A stretch of DNA of 62,986 bases, the filler included, from Bigelowiella natans CCMP2755 (taxonomy: Eukaryota > Protista > Cercozoa), in the NCBI GenBank assembly GCA_000320545.1. It is 8 parts of 8 records of this genome, joined end to end, with 100 filler letters (N's around TTAATTAATTAA, not from the genome) between each part and the next. Parts side by side here need not be neighbours in the genome. Positions count along the whole stretch, not along the records: positions 1 to 23,889 come from ADNK01002683.1; positions 23,990 to 29,991 come from ADNK01000949.1; positions 30,092 to 39,184 come from ADNK01000395.1; 5 more parts are not named here. One strand, written 5' to 3'. Every line of letters starts with the position of its first letter. Within the stretch, counting starts at the first letter, position 1. The notes under the pieces were generated by a model. That model did not search any database, was not told the origin of the DNA, and saw only the letters and a program-made list of their open reading frames with translations. A program made the position numbers and the translations under genes. Shown piece after piece: positions 14,036 through 34,030 of this stretch.

Positions 14036-15141
14036 ATAACTTGTCAATTAATTACTAATTTGAAAATTCGATGAGGGCCTGGAGAGGAGAGGGGGCGCGG
14101 GGGGGGAGGGATTGGTTGGAGGAGGGAGGAGGGAGGAGCATAACGGTTAGTTGTGATAAAATATATGATCACAAAATATATGAAGCATTGATGCACATGC
14201 ACCATGATTACACCTAAGAAATCAAGTTATATACTCACCAGCGTCGCCGACCAAGCTATGTATGCGGGCAAGATCGTTCATCTGAAGCAAGAGTAAGTTA
14301 CATGTACGTGTGAGCATGCATACGTGTGCGTGTTTGTTCATGTTCAACCAATATTTAAAAACAAGGCTGTAGAGAGGAGCTGGAGATAAGATATCACCAC
14401 ACGCCGCCTTTTGAGCCGCCAAAAACAATAATCATATCACCCCTTTTTGGTCTTTTCCTTGCTGTTGTTCCCCTGCCGATTTCATTTCGTTGTTTCTATC
14501 GTTATCGCCTTCCTTTTCGTCCGCAGCCCCCCCCTCCCCCCTCTGCTTTGCGGCAAGATCATCATCAGCATGTCTTCTCCCTCCGCTAGAGTGTTTTCGC
14601 TCAGGCGGAGCCCTCCTTTTGTCTTTATCGTCACTGTAATCATGGCCCTCATCGTCATCATCGTCGCTGTCATCGTCACTATCCGATCCCCAATCTGCGA
14701 CGAAATTGCAAAGGGTCAACGATTATAGACACAACGAGGATGCTCGAATTTTCACGAAAATGGTCTCTTTTTTATATTGGAAAAGGCCCTGTCGCCACCT
14801 CTTTCCTTAGCCCCTCTTGCGTTCAGAGAACTAGACCGATGTCTTCTTGGCGATGAAGGCTCCGAATCCTTGCGCACAATGATCAATATATCACAAATGA
14901 GAGGTATCTGGTAGTAATAATCTTGTATGGTATTTTTATTGGTTGAATTTATATCAAAGGATTTTTATTACTTGTATATCTTTCATTTCCGCAGACATGA
15001 ACATGTCAACTTCGTCAAGGTCGGCGCTCGTCACTGAGAGTTACGATTCACGGATATGAGTTGTGTTTCAGTTTTGTAATACTTGGTCCACATTTCCCCC
15101 TTCTAATGCAGTGTAATGCAGACGTATCTAGTTAATCTGTA

Positions 15142-15204
<63 letters not shown>

Positions 15205-15221
15205 GGGGCGGGGGTGCGTGC

Positions 15222-15266
<45 letters not shown>

Positions 15267-15347
15267 GGTTCGATTGATACCGTTGTCCTTCTTGTCTTCA
15301 TCTCCCGTAACGGGCGCTGGGAACTCCCGCGACTGCTCACAACCCAT
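11789..15347 (-). CDS. Hypothetical N-acylated protein (MGCEQS) with acidic low-complexity middle and PH-like C-terminus
   Basis: ATG at 15347 gives MGCEQSREF. Phase-compatible exons: VTSADLDEVDMF, IPLICDILIIV, the DDD-rich exon near 14440-14719, MNDLARIHSL. Last exon FKKSMDDEKQERWVESLQNMKKYY...* resembles the terminal PH helix. Middle exons unresolved. Confidence 0.5.
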
Positions 15348-16912
15348 CCTAACTAAAAGAAGCGATGTCCTTCCGTCCTACTTTCAATCCTAAAATCTTC
15401 GTTCTCCCCTAAAAAGTAAAGAGCACACACTCATCAGCGGCTAGACTTCACCATATCCCCAGCCTGGCTCTTTGTACACGAAGTAGTTTCAGTTTCAAGA
15501 AACATCGAGTCCGGTGATACTTGGAACCACGATCCCTATACGAACTATCTTCCTTCTTGCCCGAGACGCCCTCTCTCTCCCCATGGCCTCCCCCTCGCTC
15601 GCTTACCGAAGGACGATACAATCGTAGATCTAATAACAATGGATAATTCCAGCACCCTTAGCTTTTTTTGATGAAAACGTCCTGGATTCGCCCCCTGCGA
15701 CATCACCGAGTCGCCGTTTAGTTCGATTTACCATAACGCCATCACAATTGCTTGCTTTTTTGCTTCCAACTGGAAGCACTCATTTCTTTCTTCCTTTCTT
15801 CCTTGCATCATTGAGGCCTCACATGCTCAGCCTCGGTCAATGTTGAGCACGCATGCATGTCCACACACACACACACGCACCTAGCTAGACACCCAGACAC
15901 GCCACATGTCATGCTAGCTAGCTAGCAAGCGCGTGTCACCCCAATGTTGTGCAACTCACCACTCACAACCACGAACAACAGGGTGCTGACAAGCTTCTTG
16001 CAATGATGTGTTTGTGTTGATTTTTGTTGAGGTTCTGTTGCATGCACACGCCTGTCTCCCATGTGGTTCTGGCGCATGTGATTTTGATCAATGCTTTTTT
16101 GTGATGTTCAATGTCAGTGTGGCACGTCTAGATGGACATGCATGCGTGCACATCTGACATGCACGCACGTGTTTCGCCAGTTTGTGTTGCAGGATGACAA
16201 ACATGCAACATGTCATGTGCATGTCATATGCATCACATTGCTGTGTCTGTCATCAGGGCAAATGCAGTGGCCTAAATGATCTAAGCACGCTAGCACGTCT
16301 ACTAGACGCGTGCATTGTTGACATCTGCGCGCGCAGCAGCGCGCTTCAGAACAAACTTTGCGAATGCTTTGATCATTTTGTTGCATGGCACCATCTAGAT
16401 AGCCATGCTAGTATGGTGAGACTTAACAACTAGCTTGAGACGGATGCATGCAATTGATCAAATCAAGTGCTGTTCAATGGTCAACCTCATCTAGCTCGCT
16501 CGTGCTATGTGGTTGGAACACGTGGCATGTAGAAAACTGTTGTGAAACGTGTGACCAACACTTATCTCAACTAGCTAGTCAAGTTCTATGCTGCTAGCAT
16601 GCTACGACATGCTAGCACAACCGCTGCTCTGCCCAAACTGCACAGCGCAGCAGATGACGCTAGCTACGCTACGTTAGGATGACTCGATCATTATAGACAC
16701 GTAATATCATACATATATTATATATGCTATTACTATGTCTATTACATGCTATTACTATGTCTATTATGATCAAATAGAAAAATATACAGATTTCATTGCA
16801 TACATCCGTCTCGTGTCATGTGATGCACAGTGCTGGAGTGCAATTTCCATCGATGGTCATCCTAACGTAGCTGTGCAGAGCTGCGGCTACAGCGCTTAGA
16901 TTGTGTTCATTT

Positions 16913-16989
<77 letters not shown>

Positions 16990-17102
16990 TTTTTATCACA
17001 TAGTGTAGCTAGGCTAACTTAACTTCAGAGGCCGTGCATCGTCGCACGATACACAAAGACGCATCGCAACAAACGTCGTCACTTTTTCGATCATGTTATT
17101 CA

Positions 17103-19157
17103 TTAACTTGTGGACGCTCTGACGTAAACTATCGCGGCACTAGCCGTCTCTATTTGCACTTGTGTCTCAACAACCATTGTTTTATAAGTTGTTCCTCGCA
17201 CATTTGTACGTATTTTTTCACATGTGTAGGTACCTGAAGGCGCTCCGCTGATTGAACTGTCCATGGTTTGGCCTCCGTATTGCAAGCCAAACCGATCATA
17301 GACAGAAGGCTGAGGGTTATTCGATTTAAGAGCCACATAGCATGCTTCAAACTTAGGCTCTGTGAGAGATGAGAACGACCCCCCTGCCTGTTGTTCTTCC
17401 ACAGTATTGTAAAAGACGTCTGTGCTGACAGCGATTGAGGTGTTTAGGTTTGCTGCTGCATTAGCTGGAAACCCTTTGTTAATTATTAGCACGCGCACCT
17501 CACTGTCGCTGTTCTTGGAACTACTTGTGGAAAAGGCATTATCAACTCGGTGACTTTGGCTATGAGCGACAACGGCATGAAAGGCGTACTGCATGTCGCT
17601 GTCGAGATCTTTCGGAGACGTGTCCGTCTCGAGCCAGTAGGTGCTACCCATGACCAATTCTGAGAACATCCACATTCCATAGAATAGAGGTTGCGCCTCT
17701 GCTGCACCGTCTAGAGAACAACACGTAACTGGCGCGTAGCTCCCAGTCGGCCCTCCGTGGAAGTTAATACCTCTGACACCGATTTTGCTCATCTCAGCCG
17801 AGTAGTCTAAGGACCATAGAGCAGCTCCGAGGGTGTCGGAAACATTGTGCTGCCCCCCACAGGATGCAGAATTTGCTTCTCCAAGAACAAAAGTGAGTCC
17901 TTGCTTCATTGCCAAATGGACAAACGGCTTGTACAAGAGGCTCTGACCACGAGAAGACCTGAGTTGTTGCAGAAACGATTAGCGATTAGAACAAGTAGAA
18001 AGACGTCCAGAAAACTCAGATTAAATTCGGAAAAGAGGACACCTTCGTCTCAGAAGATCTTCCATGGAAACCGTTGGCGTGTTCTTTCTCCAGAATTTGC
18101 AGGTTGTAGTCGGGTAGTTGTGCATCGAGATGGACCGGAGTCGCGAATTGTACTTCTTGCCATACAACGGAAGCATGGCCGAATAGTCGAGGCGATACGG
18201 GGAAGCAAAGACGGCACCCTGAATTACTTTGCCGTCTGGAAAGCCTGGAATTTCGTCAAGCCGCTCAAGATAGCGTTCAAACTCTTTGGTATAGCCAGGG
18301 TAGAACGACATTTGGCTGTGCGGGTGCGTCACGATGTAGCTGTCGACTTCATTGCCGATCTCAACGCCAAGGAGGATCCCATCCCGGAAAAGACCAAGTT
18401 CAACCGCTCTCTGAACCTCGTCCTTGGCTACTTCGGGGTCGCGGATTGCGAGGTTAGTGCCTAGAATGAACCCAATGCTTAGGTTGTGTCTCTCGAGTGC
18501 TAGAGAGGCGAAGGCGCGCCAAAGTAAGTAATCGGCATCGGTGAGATTGGTCCTGCAAATCGAACTCCCATTGAAATTGTAACCGATTCCATCCCTGCCA
18601 TTCTTGTCTGTCTTGTCCTCCTCCCATTTGCCCCACCGTTCTTTTTCGGATTGAATGTGGGTCTTCGAATGGCGCTCAGCGCAAGTTTGGTCAGCAGAGT
18701 TTCCTCCCAATCGTAAAAGGACGTCTGGTTCAACATAGTGGTGAGAGTTGGGGAAAATTGCAGTAGTCTGGTTACGTGATCTACGACGTCGAAGGGTAGC
18801 GAGTAATTGCAGGAAGCTCTTTCTCACTACACTACCAGCTCTCTCCTTTGAACCATCCTCCGAGAGCATGATTCTGGCGTTAGCAATCTCGATGGAAAAT
18901 CCAATCATGCTCTCCGGTATTAAAGAAGAAGTGTTTCTCATCGAGTGCGAAAAAGGAACAGAGGACGGGTTTTGACGCCCGACCGTGCGTAATGAGTTGG
19001 CGTGGACATGCAGAGCTGCTTGCACGTCTGTTTCACTATCCCCGCTTGTATTGATAGACGATCGTGACGATTCGGTTAGCCTCGCTTGAGAAATTGCAAG
19101 CGGGACCAAAAGGAAAATCAGAAGACCAAACCCCTTCGCCTCCGCAGCCGTCGCCAT
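17103..19157 (-). CDS. Secreted glycoside hydrolase family 79 (beta-glucuronidase/heparanase-like), 2 exons (19157..18043, 17958..17103), 656 aa
   Basis: The two long ORFs join in frame across an 84-bp GT-AG intron (18042..17959). Motifs LLRLGGNSAD, GVEIGNEVD (acid/base), FVLGEANSASCGG, VSDTLGAALWSLDY (nucleophile region), GINFHGG. Hydrophobic leader MATAAEAKGFGLLIFLLVPLAISQA. Confidence 0.85.
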
Positions 19158-19678
19158 GTAGGGGGGGAGAGGGGAGGGAGTCTTTTCAACGCTCGTTGCT
19201 CCAATTGCTGAGGATTCCACAGTTACTGAAAACAACGACGATTCCGTCACAAAGACAACAAAACTTACCCTTCGCAGGGAAGAAAACCCCAGGTCATCTT
19301 CCCCTCGGAAATGGGATGCCTTTTCACATGGAAATTGGCGCCGGCAGCAATGAAACTGGCCAGAATGCCATGCAAGTCAAGGAGAACAATTGTGCTGCTA
19401 AAATACTTCCCTGCAGAAAAACCAGACAAATGACTGGGAATTTTCCAAACTTTACCTCTCGGAAGCCGCATTTCTTACGCGAATCGCCTTGGTTCTGCCC
19501 ACTGAAAGTCATCAGCAGCCGTTATTATTTCATAGGATAAATACTTCTTTTTGGCTCCTTTTCAAGATTTATCTCACCAATTGGAGCAGTGGACATTGGG
19601 GAAATATCCTGTGGTTTCTTCCTACGACATGGATTATTGTATGTCGCTTTTTAAATCCATTCTTTTCTCAACGAACGA

Positions 19679-20881
19679 ATGAACGAATACAAACCGATCG
19701 GCTGCGAACAGAGCATCGACCGTACACATAACCCCAGGCAGCAGATACGTACGCGTGTGCTTTCTCACCGTTTGCCAGAGGACCCAAATATGTTTCAGAG
19801 GACGTGTATTCGACGGGTATTCAAAGCTCCTTTAATATATCGAGAATGCCCCATGTCACTATGCACTCGTTTACTCGTTTACTCGTTTACTGCTTACGGC
19901 GATGATAGTGGCGTTGTTCAATAAAGCAGCGTTGTTCTTCCTCAGAAATTTGATTCCTTCGATTCAGTGCCTCGGGATAACAAGGGATGCTGCCGGACAC
20001 AACTGCTCTGGAACGTGCGTTTTGAATCTTACGTTTCTAGAATACATAGAATGAAGATAATCTTACAAATTTTATTTTTGCGTGTTGGTAGCTGCTTTTA
20101 CAATGTAATTGTTTACACACGCATACACACACACACACATACACAAGAGAGAGAGATAGAGCGAGCAAATGCACATTTTCTTTCATGCTGTCCCTTTAAG
20201 GTCACACTGCGCTTTTACCTAGCCATGCGTATACACCTGCGTTTTTACACAGGTCATATGTTCTGTGCCGTACACTCGAATCAATGGGTAGGAGAACTTA
20301 CATTTCTCGATAGTGCTTGGATCATTTCCCCTTAAAAGCAACAAGAAATAGCCCTGCTACTACTCACTTCATCTGTTTCGAAATCGAAGAAATATGGTTA
20401 CATACCTCACGGCTGTACTACTCTCTCCATCTCTCTTTTTTCGTGACAACTGCTGACAACCTTTCGCATCAGATGATGTGGCTTATACGTGTGGCATTTG
20501 TGCTAGTGAATTATATCTGCATCGAGACTGTACTGGTAAATTTTTCTTTTTTTCTTTCTTTTTTTGGGGGGGAGGAGGGGGGGGGGAAGGACAGACTACT
20601 ATCACGTACTTTTATAATTATGAGAAGGCAATTGTGAAACTCGTATAGCAGCAACAATGATAATGTATCTTCTGATAAAATTGTGGGGCTGCAGTCAACC
20701 GTTGTAGAGGCCTCGACTCGAAAAGTACACAATCAGATAAAAGCGAGCTTGAATCAATCTTCAGAGGTCGGTTGTGTTACAGAGGGAGGGAGGAGGGGAA
20801 CGCATTCCGTTTTCCTTCAAATAGGACTGATCAGCATTGTGCATATATGGAGTGGGGTGCTTACGTGTGTGTGTATTAACT

Positions 20882-20955
<74 letters not shown>

Positions 20956-21916
20956 ATGGAAAGAATTGAGAAGAATAGTGCGGGGGGGGGGGGGGGGTTA
21001 TTCGAATTGCAGACAATCAGATTCAATCACTTCTACCAGGCACCACAATGGTTAATTGCTCTAATGTGCTCTACCGTTCTGACGACGGCTTCTGGGCTGT
21101 TGGAATGGGTAGTTGTGCTATTTGCTGCTCGCTCCTTACAGCATCCTTCCACATATACACGGTCCATGATATATCTCCTTCATCGCATTGGTGAATGAGC
21201 GAGTGGTAGTGGCGTGTAGCACGAATCGAGCTGTTATGTTTCTTATTTGCTCCATGTTCGTGATCACTGTTTAGGTGTCCTCGGTGCTGATCCAAACCAC
21301 AAGAATCAACTCGAGGAGGATGTTCGTAGAACAGTTCTAACACACACCACCGAATACTTGCTGCTTTGCAGTAGATCATATCGATCGTGATGGTGATGAG
21401 AAGGAAAATAACTGCGTCGTCGCTGCTATAGATGGAGAGATTAATTCGTAACCATGACCATCGTATCAGCACCTTACGCGCCGAGCCCTGACCATCGTCA
21501 TTATTGCCATCCTCATTATCAAATTAGAATAGCATTGGTTGCTGTTGTTATTATTACTCTTATAAATCTACAAAATATACTCACTTGTACTGTGACGCAA
21601 CACAACATGCACGACCAACGGCGAATAGGCTCGAGGTTGAAGAAGAACATGACTACAACACTTTGCTCCTTCGTGCACAGGTGAAAGAAGAAAGGGGGGG
21701 GGGAGAGGTGAGGGTTGTGTATGCATGGGTATATAGAGGAGAAGAGATATATCAGGACATTTTTATATTACAGCTATGTACTCATCGTTTTATTTGAAGG
21801 GAAAGGACGGTACTGAATACCTTCTTTTGCGATGACTTATCTCGTGTGCGCTCTAGTGCTATCTTGCGAGCATGGGTTGACTGCATGGTGGGGTAGTTGG
21901 TGTGTATCTGTATTGA

Positions 21917-21953
<37 letters not shown>

Positions 21954-22050
21954 GCGGTATGTGTGGTTATCTTCCTTTCAGAACGGAAGCTGCTCTGCGA
22001 GAAACCTTTTGGCAGAGCTCTCGGTCCTCATATCAATCATTAAATAATAA

Positions 22051-22089
<39 letters not shown>

Positions 22090-22119
22090 CATTATCATCG
22101 ATACCGGAGACCATCAATA

Positions 22120-22155
<36 letters not shown>

Positions 22156-22392
22156 CTACATATATTGCTTGCATTGCAGGCCGTATTCTAAAATAACCCC
22201 ATCAACACATAGTCACGTACACATACACACACAAACACACACACACACACCAAAGGTCTCCTCTATGGCACGCATGCATGCCTTTGGTCATTAGTACTAC
22301 CGATTACAGAGAACATGCATTGATACGATATATTATATGCCGCAATAGCGGGAAATATCCCGTGATGGCGTCTGAGGTTGCAGTGCGTGTGA

Positions 22393-22425
<33 letters not shown>

Positions 22426-22678
22426 TGAGAGAGGCACTTGGAAAAATAAGGGAAGTACTAATTATATAAAAAGAATACACAACATGGCTATACTTGCTAT
22501 GGGAATGTGATTCTACTATTCGCACGAAAACAGGTTCATCATCATCATCACCACCATCGTCAATCATCTAATATTGTTATTAGGATGATTTGGAATCCAG
22601 CGCAGATGAAGATGACAGTGACCTTGATTACGACCCAAGTTGTTTGTTTGTGTAAACTTCACCAATGTTATAATATAT

Positions 22679-22720
<42 letters not shown>

Positions 22721-22739
22721 TATAATATACGTGTACACA

Positions 22740-22806
<67 letters not shown>

Positions 22807-22864
22807 GCATGTATTCTACATATATATCATACACGCAAAGTAAGGTAGTAGTTTGCGTCGTAAC

Positions 22865-22903
<39 letters not shown>

Positions 22904-23600
22904 TATTTAGCTGGAACCCGTTTCAACGATATCGTTCGGTCGGCTTGGAACAGCAAACGCTCGATTGCCAGCACTTCGAGAAGCAATTTGAGTAGAGGCA
23001 GCACCGCTAGGGTTGGCACGGTATCGCCGGGAAGGAGAAAGGCTACAGCATGTATAAAGGGAGTACAGGGTGGGGGTGGAAGTGTCAAGATCCGAAGTCT
23101 CCCTCCTCGAAATCCTTCCTCTTCTGATTCTTCCGTTGTTGCGGTAGAGGCAGCGAAGACAGCAGCATGCAGGTAGCTATGCCGATGTTCCTGAAGCTAA
23201 TTCAAGACGTTAAGGGGAGAGGGGGGGGGGGGGGGGGCCCTTTTAAAGCGGGAGAGAAACATGGCTGAGTAGGAAAAGTTTCTGAATCTGTTATGGGGAG
23301 CGCACATAGATCATGCCGTGAAAGCTTCGATAGATTATCTTCCTGGAAGAAGATGCCTCCCGTGCAATGATTCATTTTCTTTCGCGGGAAATCTATTTTT
23401 AAGCCATGCAAATCGGCATGATGTTCCTCCAGCCTAATTAGTGCAAAACATGATTTTTGTGGAAATTCAGGAGGATCATGAAGCAAGAGGGCTGCCCAGC
23501 AGAAAGACTTCAGACTGGAATTCCTCCCCCCCCTCTCACCCTCCTCTCTACAAAAGCAAATCAGGAGGCACGTAGAAAGGCCATTGTCCCGATGAGGCTG
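19679..23600 (+). CDS. Multi-exon hypothetical protein, divergent from GH79
   Basis: Plausible GT-AG-bounded open exons between microsatellite introns (KFDSFDSVPRDNKGCCRTQLLWN; TTMVNCSNVLYRSDDGFWAVGM; RLEVEEEHDYNTLLLRAQ; AGTRFNDIVRSAW). No family recognised; boundaries approximate. Confidence 0.35.
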
Positions 23601-23664
23601 AAGGAAAAACGGAGCAGGGTCAACTTATCATCGTGTTTTTTGAAGGAAGATGGCGTGTAGTAGG

Positions 23665-23712
<48 letters not shown>

Positions 23713-23889
23713 AAAACCCCCCCCTCTCTCCCACACACAAAAAAAAAGATAGAGAGGGGGGGTTTTTTCTCTCTCTCTCTGTGCGAGAGGGTGATGTGTG
23801 TGCATGTGGATATATATAGAGGGGGGAGAGAGGGGGGGGGGGGGGGTGTGTGTGAGACCTCTTTTTTGGGGGGAGCGCTCTCTCTCTAT

Positions 23890-23989
23890 NNNNNNNNNNN
23901 NNNNNNNNNNNNNNNNNNNNNNNNNNNNNNNNNTTAATTAATTAANNNNNNNNNNNNNNNNNNNNNNNNNNNNNNNNNNNNNNNNNNNN
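23890..23989. other. Artificial contig spacer
   Basis: 44 N + TTAATTAATTAA (stops in all six frames) + 44 N. Confidence 0.98.
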
Positions 23990-24054
<65 letters not shown>

Positions 24055-24059
24055 TCACT

Positions 24060-29990
<5,931 letters not shown>

Positions 29991-29991
29991 C

Positions 29992-30091
29992 NNNNNNNNN
30001 NNNNNNNNNNNNNNNNNNNNNNNNNNNNNNNNNNNTTAATTAATTAANNNNNNNNNNNNNNNNNNNNNNNNNNNNNNNNNNNNNNNNNNNN
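29992..30091. other. Artificial contig spacer
   Basis: N44-TTAATTAATTAA-N44. Confidence 0.98.
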
Positions 30092-30199
30092 CAAAAACGA
30101 CGATTGAGCTTGATTTTTTCCCACTTTTTTGATTAATTTTTCGAGGAACCCCCCCCCCCCCCCCCCGGACCAAGACGCAGAGAAGAGGGAGGAAGGGGA

Positions 30200-30382
30200 A
30201 AGATGAGGAAGGGGGGAGTGGGAGGGCAGTCTACGTTTTTCCAAGAGCCTCTTCTTCTTCTTCTCCAGCAAGCTTTTGGTGTGTGTGTGTGTGTGTGTGT
30301 GTGATAGCAGTGGTAGGTAATCGTATTAGGAGGATACGCAGAAATAAATACTGCTATAACACACACACACACAACGTTTCAC

Positions 30383-30421
<39 letters not shown>

Positions 30422-30805
30422 TATAAGCTACCGTAGCCTCACTACAACTACTACTACTACTACTACTACTACTACTGCGACGACGATGGTGGGGATGGCA
30501 AATATCACAGCATTGCACATCCTACCCCTTAAACTTGGCGACAGCCTTCCGGACACCTTTCATGTCCTGGCGGGGGAGGAAGGGGGGGGGGATAAAGTTG
30601 GCCAATTAGCAAAGATGGTACATCTATCCTTCAAACTGTGTACTAGCAGGGAATAATTTTTTGATATACCTTAAAGGATGTGTCTCAGTGTGTGTGTGTG
30701 TGTGTGTGTGACAAGTACCTGTTGGTATTCCTGGGTCGCAAAGGCGATGTCTGTTTCGTCGACGATGTCCTCTGATATCAGCTGCGAGGAAGAAAAGACA
30801 CACAC

Positions 30806-30897
<92 letters not shown>

Positions 30898-30925
30898 AGG
30901 GTTGGTACGTCTCATTGTATATAGG

Positions 30926-30966
<41 letters not shown>

Positions 30967-31856
30967 TACACACTATATTCGGCGTGCGCGTGCGTGCGTG
31001 TCTAAGTGTCCGACCTCCTCGATCACATCTTCAATGGTCAGGATGCCTTTGATAACGACATTTCCTGGCACCTGTACGGAAGATGTAGTTTCAGAAGCAG
31101 CAGCGGTAGTAGATAGCTTTGCGCATGGGCGTCGCTCTCATGCAGGCGCAGACGACTGGGCATTTTAGTCGTGCAAATATATGAAATCTTAAGGAAAATA
31201 GAGGTACAATTTTGGATCGTATCTTCATGCAGCTGACTAACTCCTTTGCCTCCTGAGGAAGGGAATTACGAAATATAATAGTAATAATAATAATTAGAAG
31301 AAGAAGTGAAGGGAGCAAGAGTGCCAACGAATAGTATCCGCATCGACGCGCCAAGCAAGCACAATGGTTGGGAGGGAGAAATCAGCAGGGGACGCAGTGT
31401 ATTGTTATCTATCGCTGCCAGTAAGTCGTTGCGCAGAACGTCGACTATGCTGCTGCTGCTGCTGCTGCTGCTGACCCTCTCCGATTCAACAACGAGCGCC
31501 ATGTGACTGCGGCCGATTTGGAAGAGATTTAGCGCATCGAGGAGGTTGGTCTTGGCCTGATGTGTACGGCGTCGTGATGATTGATGATGGTGATTGTGAC
31601 TCCGAGCGCGCTCTCCCAGCTAGCATAATCATCGTCCTCGTAAACATGGATGGGGGCAGCATTGGGAGAGAGATCTTTCTTCTTCTTCTTCTTCTTCTTC
31701 TTCTTCTTCCTCTCTTCCTACTATTATTGCGACGACTACGAGTACTACGACTACATCCAGAAGCACGCACCGTTATCACGATGGGGAGGTGATATCCAAT
31801 GAATTGAGAAATGGGACGCTTATCGTCGGGATCGACCACAATCAAACGCTTTACCT

Positions 31857-31887
<31 letters not shown>

Positions 31888-32147
31888 GTGCCATAATCAT
31901 GTGATATTAATCAGATGATCATGATGATGATGATGATGATGATGGTTGGGGGAGGGGCATGCTGTTGATACTACTACTCCTACAACTACTACAACTAGTG
32001 CTGCTGCTACTGGTAGTAGTTCTCGCAATCCTTTAGTGTATGTAGTAGTAGTAGTACCAACAGAAGGCCCTCCACATTGCTCCTACGACCTGTGTAGACT
32101 GGAACGCGGCTGTGACCAGAAGTCATTATCTCCGCCATCTATAAGTG

Positions 32148-32186
<39 letters not shown>

Positions 32187-32580
32187 TGTGTGAGTGAGTG
32201 AGTGTTGTTTCTGTGTAGGCGTGTGCGCCTACCCCCTACCACCCCTCCCCCCCCCCCCTCCCCTCCCCGATGTGCAACAAGCAACCGACCGTCTCTACGT
32301 CAAGCTTGCGATCCATCGACACCATAAATGTCTGATGACCATGATGAAAGAAGAAACAAAGGGGGAGGGGTAAGTGCGAAGGACCATGAGAGTCATCAGC
32401 AGCACAGTCACACACACACACACACACACACACACGAGAAATCGGAACTAACAAAAGAGGAGAGTGCCGCTGCTGCTGCTGCTACTACCTCATGGAACGG
32501 CGTCATGATGTCCTCCACCGTCTTCGTTTTGAGGTCCAGAGCGCCTTGCATGATGGTTACCTGCGGTGATAATAACAGCA

Positions 32581-32639
<59 letters not shown>

Positions 32640-33661
32640 AGGAGTCATGTTACTTGGCACGTGTGCGTGCGTGTGTGTGAGTGTGCGTGCGTGTGTGAGT
32701 GTGTATGTGTGTATAATGGTAGCATGGCGGCGTGTTACCTCATCGATGAGTAGGTTGCCTCCTCGCGACGGGTCGTGCAATCCGATCAGTGCCTGAGGAG
32801 AAGGTAATAAAGAAGGTAATAATGATGATGGTGATGAGGACGATGATGGTGGTGGTGATGATGAGCATGGCAACGATGATCATGATGCCGACTCTCCTTC
32901 AGCACACCTCCTTTCTCTTCATTACTACTACTATTAGATACTGTATATCGGTGCTAACACATCCCACACCGCGTAAGTAGCCGAGCATGATGTGTGCAAA
33001 TGCAATACATAGTAATACTTAGTATATACAACGAGCATGGTGCGTGCGCACGCGCGCGCGCGCGTGTGTGTGTCTGTGTGTTATGAATGAAAAGTACGAA
33101 TTATCACTACTACTAGTACTACTACTACTTCTGCAAAACTTCACCTTTAGTTCAGCGCGGCGAAAGTAGTTCCACTGCCCCTCCTCCCCCAGTATCAGAT
33201 CCAGCAGCTTGGCTATAGGGTAGCTAGGGGGTAGAAGAAGAACCGTCGTGTTTTAGCCCACACATCCACCGCAGCACACATTCTTTCTCTTCTTCATAGC
33301 TCGCTGGCACGTTGTTTTCTTTCCTTCCCCCCTCGCCCTCCCCTTCTACCTTATAGGATACGTCATGCAGATAAAACCACGCGTCAGCCAAGCGCATTGG
33401 GCGCCGATCTTGAGCGGATTCTTCGTACAGATGGCCTGATTTTTACACCGTGATTATGCATGTATGAGGAGCGCCGGTACTCTTCGAAGATAAAGAGGCA
33501 GGCAGCATAGCAGCAGTGTTTTGGGTAGAAGGGGAAGGCTATTATCGCTAAGTAAAGAACCTGAGGAATCACTTCGCCGAAAGCAAGGACGAAGGTGACC
33601 TATTTTGGTGGTGGTTTTGTGTTGTCCACTGGTGCCATGTGCCACCGTGTTTTCAGCTATT

Positions 33662-33700
<39 letters not shown>

Positions 33701-33995
33701 GTGTGTGTGTGTGTGTGGAAGAGTAATCGGTGATATATCTGGTGAATTGGTGTTTTGAAGCAACAAGAATGACTATGAACATCCGTTGTCAAGTTTCCTA
33801 AGGACAGCTTGCTTTGGGAAGAGTGCGGAAACTGTCTATTTCATCGCTTTCGGTGTGTATCTGTCTTTTTCTTCTCTTTAGCCAATTAAAAACGAACTGA
33901 TATGACCGAGAGTATGATAGCCAGGTACTCGGGTACTAGGAAATCTGTTGGTGGTGGAGGCAACAATGAGAGTCATCGTTTTTTTCTTCCGCTCC

Positions 33996-34030
<35 letters not shown>

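Noticed and set aside
17847-18464. 205-aa plus-strand ORF and other overlapping ORFs at 18454-19540
   Set aside because: Antisense or off-frame shadows of the GH79 exons; no motifs.
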